NCBI GenBank assembly: GCA_002383375.1
Contig: DFYR01000040.1
Location: 5,522 to 69,521 of the forward strand
DNA: 64,000 bases
Direction of reading: 5' to 3'
Origin: Spirochaetaceae bacterium UBA4077
GTDB taxonomy: Bacteria > Spirochaetota > Spirochaetia > Treponematales > Rectinemataceae
In this document: positions 38,747-46,810 of the stretch, in pieces
How positions within the stretch are numbered: position 1 is the stretch's first letter
Layout: every line of letters starts with the position of its first letter
Notes under the pieces: generated by a model
Seen by the model: only the letters and a program-made list of their open reading frames with translations
Databases searched by the model: none
What the model was told of the DNA's origin: nothing
Made by a program: the position numbers and the translations under genes

Positions 38747-38929
38747 ATGGACAACAAGGAAAAGGTAATCCAGGCATTCAAGACTTCCGCCAAAGCATTG
38801 AGCGCGGCTCAGGTAGCCCAGGCCACACAAGTGGAGAAAAAAGAAGTGGACAAGATAATGGGCGCCCTCAAAAAGGAAGGCAAGCTCGAGTCTCCCAAGG
38901 CTTGCTTCTGGCAGTGGAAGAAGGCATAA
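38747..38929 (+). CDS. small (60 aa) winged-helix-like protein
   Basis: AAAGGAG RBS. The pattern ALSAAQVAQATQVEKKEVDKIMGALKKEGKLESPKACFW resembles small wHTH proteins. Function unknown. Confidence 0.5.
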   Translation: MDNKEKVIQAFKTSAKALSAAQVAQATQVEKKEVDKIMGALKKEGKLESPKACFWQWKKA

Positions 38930-38953
38930 ATCGCTCAAAAGGAGGGCTAGTGC

Positions 38954-39817
38954 ATGAAAACGATTGCGGTGCTAGGGCTGGGCAATATGGGTTTCAACAT
39001 TGCGGCTAATATCCTGAAGGCTGGTTATGAGCTGAGAGTCTACAACCGGAGTGAGGGAAGGGATGGGGCACTGGTGAAGCAGGGGGCGAAGAGGGCTGCC
39101 AGCCCCGCCGATGCGGTTCGGGGTGCCGACGCAGTGGTATCGGTGGTAGGGGATGATGATGCTTCCAGAGCTATGTGGCTCGGCGGACAGGGCGCACTGG
39201 CGGCTGCTCCGCCGGGCTGCTGCATTGTGGAGTGCAGTACTCTCTCCCTGGCCTGGGTGAAGGAACTGAGCGCCCTGGCTCAGGAACACAGCCTGCGGTT
39301 TGCGGATGCAGGCCTGGGCGGAGGTCCCGGCAGCATTCCCGGCGGTACGATGAACCTCTTCGTGGGCGCCGAGCAGGCGACCTTCGACGCCGTCCAACCC
39401 TTGCTCGCTGCCTTCAGCAAGCGGCAGTTCAGGTTCGGTCCCCCGGGTTCTGGCATGGCCTACAAGCTCATCAACAACATGCTCATCGATGTGCAGGTTT
39501 CTGCTCTTGCCGAAGCCCTGGCTATGATGGAGAAGGCAGGCATCGACATGGGAGAGGCTGAGAAAGCGATGATGGGCGGTTCCTTCTCCAGCCCCGCCGT
39601 GACATCCAACCTCAGGGACATGATGGCCGCCAGCTACGAGCCCGTGTCCTTCCAGCTGCGCTGGATGCGCAAGGACGCGGACTATATGAATCGTTTCGCT
39701 GAAGAAAAGGGCGTCAAACTTCCCGTCGCAGCGGCGGCGAGAAAGCTCTTGGAGGAGGCGGCTTCCAAGGGCTGGTTGTCCAGGAACTGGACCGTGATCC
39801 GGGAGCTGTACAGGTAA
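38954..39817 (+). CDS. NAD(P)-dependent beta-hydroxyacid dehydrogenase (HIBADH/6PGDH-like)
   Basis: IAVLGLGNMGFNIAANI Rossmann motif and a family-typical central block. GGAGGG RBS. Confidence 0.85.
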   Translation: MKTIAVLGLGNMGFNIAANILKAGYELRVYNRSEGRDGALVKQGAKRAASPADAVRGADAVVSVVGDDDASRAMWLGGQGALAAAPPGCCIVECSTLSLAWVKELSALAQEHSLRFADAGLGGGPGSIPGGTMNLFVGAEQATFDAVQPLLAAFSKRQFRFGPPGSGMAYKLINNMLIDVQVSALAEALAMMEKAGIDMGEAEKAMMGGSFSSPAVTSNLRDMMAASYEPVSFQLRWMRKDADYMNRFAEEKGVKLPVAAAARKLLEEAASKGWLSRNWTVIRELYR

Positions 39818-39855
39818 TCAGGCGGTGCCGAGAGCAGCTTCCGTTCGCTTCCTGC

Positions 39856-40908
39856 TCAGCCCAGCCTCCGGCGAAGCCGATAGGCGATGTCCTGGACGCT
39901 CATTGCCGCTCCTGGGGTTAAGCCGATCGGCGCTTCTCGTGAATCCTTTTCATCATCGCTGTGCGGGTCATTATGATTTGGCGCGAAAAGCAGGCCTTCC
40001 AGGCTGACCACCGCACTCCTCAAGGTGGAGCAGAGCGAGAGCATGGGGTCTTCTTCGGGGCCGGGAAACAGAAGCCTGTCATCTATTTTCCCGGGAGCAT
40101 TGTCCCAGAATTCTTTGCTTGCGGGTATGGTGAATTTCGCCACGAGTCTGCGGTTGAAATCGAGTTCGTTCTTGTCCTCGTAATTATCGCTAATGTCTAC
40201 GGTGCCTGCCAACAGAGCATCCTGGAAATAGGGACGCCGGGCCAGGGAGGGGCAGACGGAGAGAAGCCGCACCGACACAATTTCCTCCCGGGAATCTATG
40301 GATATGCCTCCGGTCGGGAAAGGAATGGCGAGCACGTAAAGGTAGGCTCTCTCGGAGGCAGGCTCTGGCTGAAGTCCCTGATCTGGTTCTGCGGTCGTGT
40401 TCGTGGCTGACACGAAGCCGGTCTCTACAAGGCCAGGCGACGAGTAGCCGGGCGAGGAACTCCACTGGGCGAAAGAGCAGGCTGCCCTGAGGGACTGGCT
40501 CAAATCCAAAAGGGAGGTTTCGCAGACCTGGTAGTGCTGGAGAATGGACTGTTGAAGATAGCGCCGCTTACGAAGCTCGTCCCCTGCCCGCCTGTCGAGT
40601 TTTTTCGTTTCCTCTATTAGGATGGCTGAGAGCTCGTCGAGGAGGGTGAAGTCCCGCTCCACCCTGGCTTTGCTGAGGACGTTCCTTCTATAAAGGGATG
40701 GATAGAGACTGCTCGCACCTGCCTTGTTGAGAAAATCTCTGGCCTGTCCCCGAAAGACCAAAAGATTCTCCCGGTTGAGATAGGAAAGTTCGGCGACGAT
40801 GCGGACAAGATCATTATAGCTTTCAACGGGGAAAGGCTCTGCCTTGGCTGCCGAGTCTCCGAAATGGGCTTTAAGCCTGCCGTCCAGCTGTGGCGTTATT
40901 TCTCTCAT
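39856..40908 (-). CDS. FRG-domain protein (function unknown)
   Basis: NLLVFRGQARDF...LYPSLYRR and LQHYQVCETSLLDLSQSLRAACSFA resemble the conserved FRG-domain blocks. It has a Ser/Pro-rich linker and an acidic C-terminal tail. Confidence 0.65.
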   Translation of the reverse strand: MREITPQLDGRLKAHFGDSAAKAEPFPVESYNDLVRIVAELSYLNRENLLVFRGQARDFLNKAGASSLYPSLYRRNVLSKARVERDFTLLDELSAILIEETKKLDRRAGDELRKRRYLQQSILQHYQVCETSLLDLSQSLRAACSFAQWSSSPGYSSPGLVETGFVSATNTTAEPDQGLQPEPASERAYLYVLAIPFPTGGISIDSREEIVSVRLLSVCPSLARRPYFQDALLAGTVDISDNYEDKNELDFNRRLVAKFTIPASKEFWDNAPGKIDDRLLFPGPEEDPMLSLCSTLRSAVVSLEGLLFAPNHNDPHSDDEKDSREAPIGLTPGAAMSVQDIAYRLRRRLG

Positions 40909-41216
40909 GCATTCTTAGTACAATAGTAAGGGTTCCAAGACAATACTTCCCCCGATCGATGTCAGACTATAATAGAGATGTCCTCCGATCGAACTACATT
41001 TAAACGCTCCGGGCATACGTTTTCTCATCGAGATTCTCTTCTCCGGCGAAAACTGATGAAAATATTATCACTGGTGGCGATTTTGCAACCAATACTGCTA
41101 TCTGGCTGATAAGTTTTGTTCCAGTTTGACATTATTCGGCATTGCAGATAGAAGAATTCTTCGCGGTGCTTGGGGAATGCTTCCCCCTTTATGCAGTAAG
41201 CGCTGATTAGAATTAT

Positions 41217-41232
41217 TGGCACGGATCCTGCA
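41217..41232 (+). promoter_or_regulatory. sigma-54 (-24/-12) promoter candidate
   Basis: TGGCACG-GATC-CTGCA versus the consensus TGGCACG-N4-TTGCW. GG at 41218-41219 and GC at 41230-41231. A GAFTGA-containing activator is encoded at 53834-55732. Confidence 0.55.
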
Positions 41233-41244
41233 AATATATCGGTA

Positions 41245-42573
41245 ATGGACTCACCATGGTTTATCATTGCAGACGACTTCACCGGATCGGGTGATTCGGC
41301 TGTCCAGTTCAGAACCGCCGAACGCCCAGCCCGATTTCTTCTGGATCTAAGCCAGAAAAACCTTACATCACTCGAGCTGTCAGCCTATGTGGTGAACAGC
41401 GATTCCAGATTTTTAACCAAGCTTGAAGCCTATGAAAGAGTTCGCGGCATCGCGCAGGCGATAGGCCAGAGAGCCTCGGGGAGACTTTATAAGAAAATCG
41501 ATTCAACCCTAAGGGGTAATATCGCTGAGGAAGTGGCGGCGGTGATGGACGGGGCGGGATTCTCCCGGGCTCTTGTCTGTCCCGCGGCTCCGCGCAATGG
41601 CCGGACCGTTGTGGATGGCCTCTGCCTTGTCAACCAGAAACCGATCAACTCAGGCATTGTGGCCAGGGATCACTTTACCCCCGTTGACGACGCCTGCCTT
41701 GCTTCTCATTTTGAATCGAAATTTCCTGGCCTCATCGCTCCAATTTCATTAAAGGAACTACGCAAGGGCGCCAATGCTCTGGCTGAGACAGTGGAGCGCC
41801 TGAGCGCCCAAGGGAAAAAAATTTTCACCGCCGATGCGGAAAGCATCGAGGACTTAGCGCTTCTGGCCACCCTGGCTGAGCTTCCCGGCCTCCTGTGCGT
41901 GGGTTCCTCCGGCCTGGCCGAGGCACTGGCCAACCACAAGGGCGCTGGGCGGGCAGAAACTTCGCCGCAGGGCATCCAGAAGGTGCCGACGGAAAAGGCT
42001 GTCTTCTTTGTAGGCTCTGTCACTCCCACGAGTGCAGCCCAGTGTGCCTTTCTGGCCGCATCGGGCAGTGTGCAGCGAATCGTCGTCGACGGCAGGAGCG
42101 CCGCCGACGAGCCTGCAAAGGAGATGGCTCGAATCCTCGCGGAAGCGGAAGCGCTGCCCGATGCGGCCCTCCTTTTCCATACCAGTTCGGTAAAAAAAGG
42201 CGTTTCGGCTGAACATGCCCGCCTGATGGGAACGCGGATATCCCAGTTCATGGGCGAGCTGGCCTTGGAAGTAGCCCGGCGAAGGTCGGTGGACTTTCTT
42301 TTTGCCATGGGCGGCGATACCGCGGCCCGAATCGTTTCCAGCCTGGGCGCTGACTATATCGATTTTACCGACGAGATCCTCCCGGGGCTCCCCTATGGCA
42401 TCTGCCGGTCCAGCGCCCTCGGGGCAGATTTGAAGTTTGCCTGCAAGTCCGGCGGCTTCGGGGCAATGGACGCCTTGGTGCAGGTTTTGGACAGAGTGAC
42501 GGGCATACCCTTCCAGGCTAAAGCGGTCCTTGAGGAGCGCTCGCCTGCTTTAATCAAGGAGAAAAACTCATGA
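41245..42573 (+). CDS. DUF1537-family four-carbon acid-sugar kinase
   Basis: N-terminal FIIADDFTGSGDSAVQF and a two-domain length of about 440 aa, typical of OtnK/DtnK-type kinases. Confidence 0.85.
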   Translation: MDSPWFIIADDFTGSGDSAVQFRTAERPARFLLDLSQKNLTSLELSAYVVNSDSRFLTKLEAYERVRGIAQAIGQRASGRLYKKIDSTLRGNIAEEVAAVMDGAGFSRALVCPAAPRNGRTVVDGLCLVNQKPINSGIVARDHFTPVDDACLASHFESKFPGLIAPISLKELRKGANALAETVERLSAQGKKIFTADAESIEDLALLATLAELPGLLCVGSSGLAEALANHKGAGRAETSPQGIQKVPTEKAVFFVGSVTPTSAAQCAFLAASGSVQRIVVDGRSAADEPAKEMARILAEAEALPDAALLFHTSSVKKGVSAEHARLMGTRISQFMGELALEVARRRSVDFLFAMGGDTAARIVSSLGADYIDFTDEILPGLPYGICRSSALGADLKFACKSGGFGAMDALVQVLDRVTGIPFQAKAVLEERSPALIKEKNS

Positions 42574-43727
42574 TTCCATTTTCCATTGCATCGCCCTCTC
42601 GGCTGGAGTTCGGACCGGGCAAGCTCGCTCTGGTTCCTTCCATTGTCAAGACTCTTACTCCATCGGGACTTGTCCTGGTATTGAGCGACAAGGGGGTTTC
42701 GCAGACCGGTACGCCTTCCAAGGTGGTCGAAGCCCTTGGGAGCGTGGGGTATACGGTATCCTTGGTGGATTCCGTGCCTCCCGAGCCTTCTATCCACGAC
42801 CTGGACAGGGTGGCGGCCGGCCTGAAGGGTAGCGCGGCGGCCATAGTGGCCATAGGCGGCGGCTCGGTGATGGATGCAGCCAAGATCCTGGCCGTGCTGG
42901 CCGGTAAGGGCTGGAGTACCGCCGAGCTGGCCGAACGGGGCGTTCCCGGAAGGGGTATCCCTACGGTGATGATTCCCACCACCGCGGGTACCGGTTCCGA
43001 GTCGACGCCCAACGCCATCGTCCTCTTCCCCGAAAAAAACCTCAAAGTGGGCATCGTGAGTCCCTATTTCATGCCCGACAGGGTAGTGCTGGATCCGGAG
43101 CTGATCCTGGGGCTTCCGCCTAAGCTCACCGCCTCCACCGGCGTGGACGCATTCTGTCATCTGCTGGAGTGCTTTATCTCGAAAAAGGCCAATCCCATGA
43201 GCGACATGATGGCCCGGGAAGGTATGCGACTCCTTTTGCCCGCTCTCCCCCTGGCCTATAAAAACGGCTCTGACATAGAAGCACGCTCGGCTACGCTTCT
43301 GGCGGCATATTACGGCGGCGCCTGCATCGCCTCATCGGGAACGACGGCCATCCACGCCCTTTCCTACCCTCTGGGCGGCACGTATAGGGTGCCCCACGGC
43401 GTATCCAACGCCGCCCTCCTGGTGCCGGTCATGAGCTATCAAAAGAAGAAAATAGCTCCCCGGTTGGCCGAGGCGGCCAGGGCTATCGGGCTGGTTGGTG
43501 CCGGTGGAGGATCAGGCGCGGATGAAGAGGCCGATCTCCTCCTACAGAGTCTGGACAGCCTGGTAAAGGAATTGAAGATTCCCACAAGCCTGAAGGATCT
43601 GGGAGTCCCCGACGGCGCCCTGGCTTCCCTCACCGAGGCGGCTTACGGCGTACGCAGGCTTTTGGACAACAACCCGGTGGACTTAAGCCGGGAGGATATT
43701 CGGACAATTTACGAGCTGGTGAAGTGA
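42570..43727 (+). CDS. iron-containing alcohol dehydrogenase
   Basis: GGGSVMDAAK, the metal-His blocks HALSYPLGG and VPHG, and about 385 aa. ATGA overlap with the kinase gene. Confidence 0.9.
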   Translation: MIPFSIASPSRLEFGPGKLALVPSIVKTLTPSGLVLVLSDKGVSQTGTPSKVVEALGSVGYTVSLVDSVPPEPSIHDLDRVAAGLKGSAAAIVAIGGGSVMDAAKILAVLAGKGWSTAELAERGVPGRGIPTVMIPTTAGTGSESTPNAIVLFPEKNLKVGIVSPYFMPDRVVLDPELILGLPPKLTASTGVDAFCHLLECFISKKANPMSDMMAREGMRLLLPALPLAYKNGSDIEARSATLLAAYYGGACIASSGTTAIHALSYPLGGTYRVPHGVSNAALLVPVMSYQKKKIAPRLAEAARAIGLVGAGGGSGADEEADLLLQSLDSLVKELKIPTSLKDLGVPDGALASLTEAAYGVRRLLDNNPVDLSREDIRTIYELVK

Positions 43728-43737
43728 GGAAGCCGAA

Positions 43738-44823
43738 ATGAGCGCGAACCTTGACCGGAGCCTCAGACCTCTGGTGGGGGTGACCATGGGAGATCCCGCG
43801 GGCATCGGTCCCGAGGTGATCGCCATGGCATTGAAGCGGGAAGATGTACGTGCTGCCGGAGAGTTTGTCGTTTACGGTTCCCCCGAAGCCATGGAGCGGG
43901 CTGCCGCGACTGTGGGGCTGGCTGCTCCCGTCAATGGGGCTGCCGATGTCGAACATTGCGTGTTTGGCGCCAACTTGATCAACGTTGTGCGATGCGGTGA
44001 GCTTCCGCTGGCCGGGTATGAGTTGGGCAAGGTGTCGGCCGCCTGCGGAGCCCTGGCTTTCGAGTCGGTGCGCAGAGCCATCGAGGACGCTCTCGCAGGG
44101 AAGATCCACGCTACCGCCACCGCTCCCCTCAACAAGGAAGCCCTGGCCCTGGCGGGCATCAAGTTCCCCGGCCATACGGAGATCTACGCCCATTTCACGG
44201 GCTCCAGCGAGTACGCCATGCTCCTCATGGAGGGCAACCTTCGGGTAGCCCATGTATCCACCCACGTTTCGCTGGCCGATGCGATAAAAGCCGTTACCAA
44301 GCCAAGGGTGGAGAGTGTCATACGCCTGGTTCACGAAGCCTTGGCCGAGATGGGTATTTCAAAACCGCGCATCGCGGTGGCGGGCTTGAATCCCCATGCC
44401 GGGGAGAACGGTCTTTTCGGAAGAGAGGACATCGAGCATATCGTGCCTGCCGTAAAGTCTACGGTCGCGTTGGGCGCTCTCGGACCATTTCCTGCGGACT
44501 CGGTGTTCTCCAGGGCCGCTGGCGGTGAATTCGACGCGGTAATAGCCATGTACCACGACCAGGGACACATTGCCCTCAAGATGGTGGGATTCCGATACTG
44601 CGAATGCGCGCCCGACGCCCCCAGCATTTCGGGGATAAACGTGACCCTGGGATCTTCGGTGATCCGCTGCTCGGTGGATCACGGCACTGCTTTCGACAGG
44701 GCGGGCAAGGGCACGGCGGATCCGGGCTCCATGGCCACGGCAATGATGACGGCGGCGGAGATGGCCGCCGGCAAGATAAGGCGAGAACGCGGAGACAAGG
44801 GCCAAGCGTCCCGCAAGGAGTGA
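43738..44823 (+). CDS. PdxA-family NAD-dependent (decarboxylating) dehydrogenase, paralogue 1
   Basis: GDPAGIGPE, GHTEI, GLNPHAGENG, MYHDQGHI, SVDHGTAF. Confidence 0.85.
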   Translation: MSANLDRSLRPLVGVTMGDPAGIGPEVIAMALKREDVRAAGEFVVYGSPEAMERAAATVGLAAPVNGAADVEHCVFGANLINVVRCGELPLAGYELGKVSAACGALAFESVRRAIEDALAGKIHATATAPLNKEALALAGIKFPGHTEIYAHFTGSSEYAMLLMEGNLRVAHVSTHVSLADAIKAVTKPRVESVIRLVHEALAEMGISKPRIAVAGLNPHAGENGLFGREDIEHIVPAVKSTVALGALGPFPADSVFSRAAGGEFDAVIAMYHDQGHIALKMVGFRYCECAPDAPSISGINVTLGSSVIRCSVDHGTAFDRAGKGTADPGSMATAMMTAAEMAAGKIRRERGDKGQASRKE

Positions 44824-44827
44824 GAAT

Positions 44828-45895
44828 ATGGACAACAAACTACCTATAATCGGCATCTCCATGGGGGATCCTGCGGGCATAGGCCCCGAGATAGCCGCCA
44901 AGGCCCTGGCCAATCCCGAAACCTACAAAAAGTGCAGGCCACTGATCACCGGCGACGCCTCGGCCATGGAGCAGGCGGTGAGAATCGCCAAGGTGAATTT
45001 GAAGGTAAACCCGATTGCCAAGCCCTCCCAGGCGAAGTTCGAATTCGGGACCCTGGACGTGATCGACCTGAAGGATGTCGATGTCGCCCAGCTTCAGCAC
45101 GGCAAGGTTTCGGCCATGGCGGGAAAAGCCGCTTTCGACGCGGTTAAAAAAGTCATCGAACTGGCCATGGCCGATGAGGTGGACGCTACCGTGACTGGTC
45201 CTCTCAACAAGGAAGCGCTCAACCTCGCTGGTTATCACTACACAGGCCACACGGAAATCTATGCGGATTTCACCAAGACCAAGGATTACACCATGATGCT
45301 GGCCGAGGACAAGCTGCGCGTAGTGCACGTATCCACCCACGTCTCCTTGCGTCAAGCTTGCGACAACGTGAAGAAGGAACGGGTTTACGCGGTCATCAAG
45401 CTGGCGTACGACACGATGCGCGATTTTGGTTTGGAGAATCCTAGGATCGGCGTCGCGGGACTGAACCCCCACGCCTCCGACGGCGGACTTTTCGGCTGCG
45501 AAGAAGCGGAAGAAATCGCCCCGGCCATCGCCAAGGCCAGGGCCGAGGGCATGACCGTGGACGGTCCCGTGCCCCCGGACACGCTTTATTCCAAAGCCTT
45601 GGGCGGCCAGTACGACATCGTCGTGGCCATGTACCACGACCAGGGCCACATCCCCCTCAAGGTCGTGGGCTTTACCTGGAACGACGCGGAAAAACGCTGG
45701 AATTCCGTGAGCGGGGTGAACATCACCCTAGGGCTGCCCATCATCCGCACTTCCGTGGATCACGGAACCGCCTTCGGAAAGGCGGGCAAGGGAACGGCCA
45801 CCGAGGAAAGCCTCATCAACGCCATCGACTACGCGGTCCAGTTCGCCAGGCAGCGATTGGCCAAGAAAGCGGCCGGAAGGAGCGAAAAACAATGA
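44828..45895 (+). CDS. PdxA-family NAD-dependent (decarboxylating) dehydrogenase, paralogue 2
   Basis: GDPAGIGPE, GHTEI, GLNPHASDGG, MYHDQGHI, SVDHGTAF. It starts 4 nt after paralogue 1. Confidence 0.85.
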   Translation: MDNKLPIIGISMGDPAGIGPEIAAKALANPETYKKCRPLITGDASAMEQAVRIAKVNLKVNPIAKPSQAKFEFGTLDVIDLKDVDVAQLQHGKVSAMAGKAAFDAVKKVIELAMADEVDATVTGPLNKEALNLAGYHYTGHTEIYADFTKTKDYTMMLAEDKLRVVHVSTHVSLRQACDNVKKERVYAVIKLAYDTMRDFGLENPRIGVAGLNPHASDGGLFGCEEAEEIAPAIAKARAEGMTVDGPVPPDTLYSKALGGQYDIVVAMYHDQGHIPLKVVGFTWNDAEKRWNSVSGVNITLGLPIIRTSVDHGTAFGKAGKGTATEESLINAIDYAVQFARQRLAKKAAGRSEKQ

Positions 45896-46791
45896 AGAAA
45901 ATCACCACCTTTACCGCCCTGGTCACCGCCTTCAGGCCCGACGAGAGCGTGGATTTCGGCGCCATAGCCGCCCAGGCTAGGCGCCAGCTGGCTGCTGGCA
46001 ACGACCTTTTCATCTGCGGCACCAACGGCGACTTTTCCAGCCTCACCTTCGCCGAGCGGATGAAGGTGGTGGAGACCTGCGCCGCTGTTAAGGGCGAGGC
46101 CAGGCTCATCGCCAACGCGGGGTTTCCCTCCACCTACGAGACCATCCTCCTGGCCAAGGAGTACCAGCGCCTGGGCGTCGAGGCGGTGGCTGCCATAACG
46201 CCTTACTTTATCTCCTGTACCCAGGAAGGCCTGTACCGCCACTATGCGGGCATAGCCGACGCCATTTCGGTTCCCCTCTACATCTATGAGATCCCCGCCC
46301 GCACGGGCAATTCCATCGAGGTGGCCACCGTAGCCAGGCTGGCCAAGCACGGCAACGTGAAGGGCATAAAGGATTCCTCGGGCAAGACAGAGCGCCTGGA
46401 CGGCCTGGCCCAGGTTTGCGCCGAGAATCCTGGCTTTGAGCTCTACAACGGTACTGACTCCCTCATCCTCTACGGACTCCGCAAGGGTGCCGCAGGCTGC
46501 GTATCCGGTCTGGCCAACGTAGCCCCCGAATGGGTGCGTGCGATAGCGAAAGCCTTCGAGTCCGGGGACCAGGACGCCGCCGACGCCGCCCAGAAAAAAC
46601 TCAACGGGCTCAGGGAAAGGCTCTACGCCTTCGGCTATCCCCCCGCCATGGTCAAGCGGGCTCTCTATCTTATGGATCCCAGCGTGGGCAACAACAGGCT
46701 TCCCGCCCTGGTTCCCGACAAAACGATCGACGAGGGGCTGGCAGCCCTTCTGGATGATTTAGGTCTTAAACGCGCGGATGCGCGTTTGTAA
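45892..46791 (+). CDS. DapA/NanA-family class I (Schiff-base) lyase
   Basis: Catalytic Lys block GIKDSSG and Tyr block YEIPARTG. GTNG in place of the usual GTTGE. About 299 aa. Confidence 0.85.
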   Translation: MKKITTFTALVTAFRPDESVDFGAIAAQARRQLAAGNDLFICGTNGDFSSLTFAERMKVVETCAAVKGEARLIANAGFPSTYETILLAKEYQRLGVEAVAAITPYFISCTQEGLYRHYAGIADAISVPLYIYEIPARTGNSIEVATVARLAKHGNVKGIKDSSGKTERLDGLAQVCAENPGFELYNGTDSLILYGLRKGAAGCVSGLANVAPEWVRAIAKAFESGDQDAADAAQKKLNGLRERLYAFGYPPAMVKRALYLMDPSVGNNRLPALVPDKTIDEGLAALLDDLGLKRADARL

Positions 46792-46810
46792 ATGTATTGA
46801 GGAGGTTCAG

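Noticed and set aside
41075-41087. Second sigma-54-like string TGGCGATTTTGCA
   Set aside because: Only 7 nt separate GG and GC, where 10 are required, so it cannot be a -24/-12 promoter.
41025-41282. 85-aa minus-strand ORF in the AT-rich spacer, overlapping the kinase start
   Set aside because: It has no RBS, overlaps the sigma-54 promoter and the kinase start, has odd composition, and is probably not coding.
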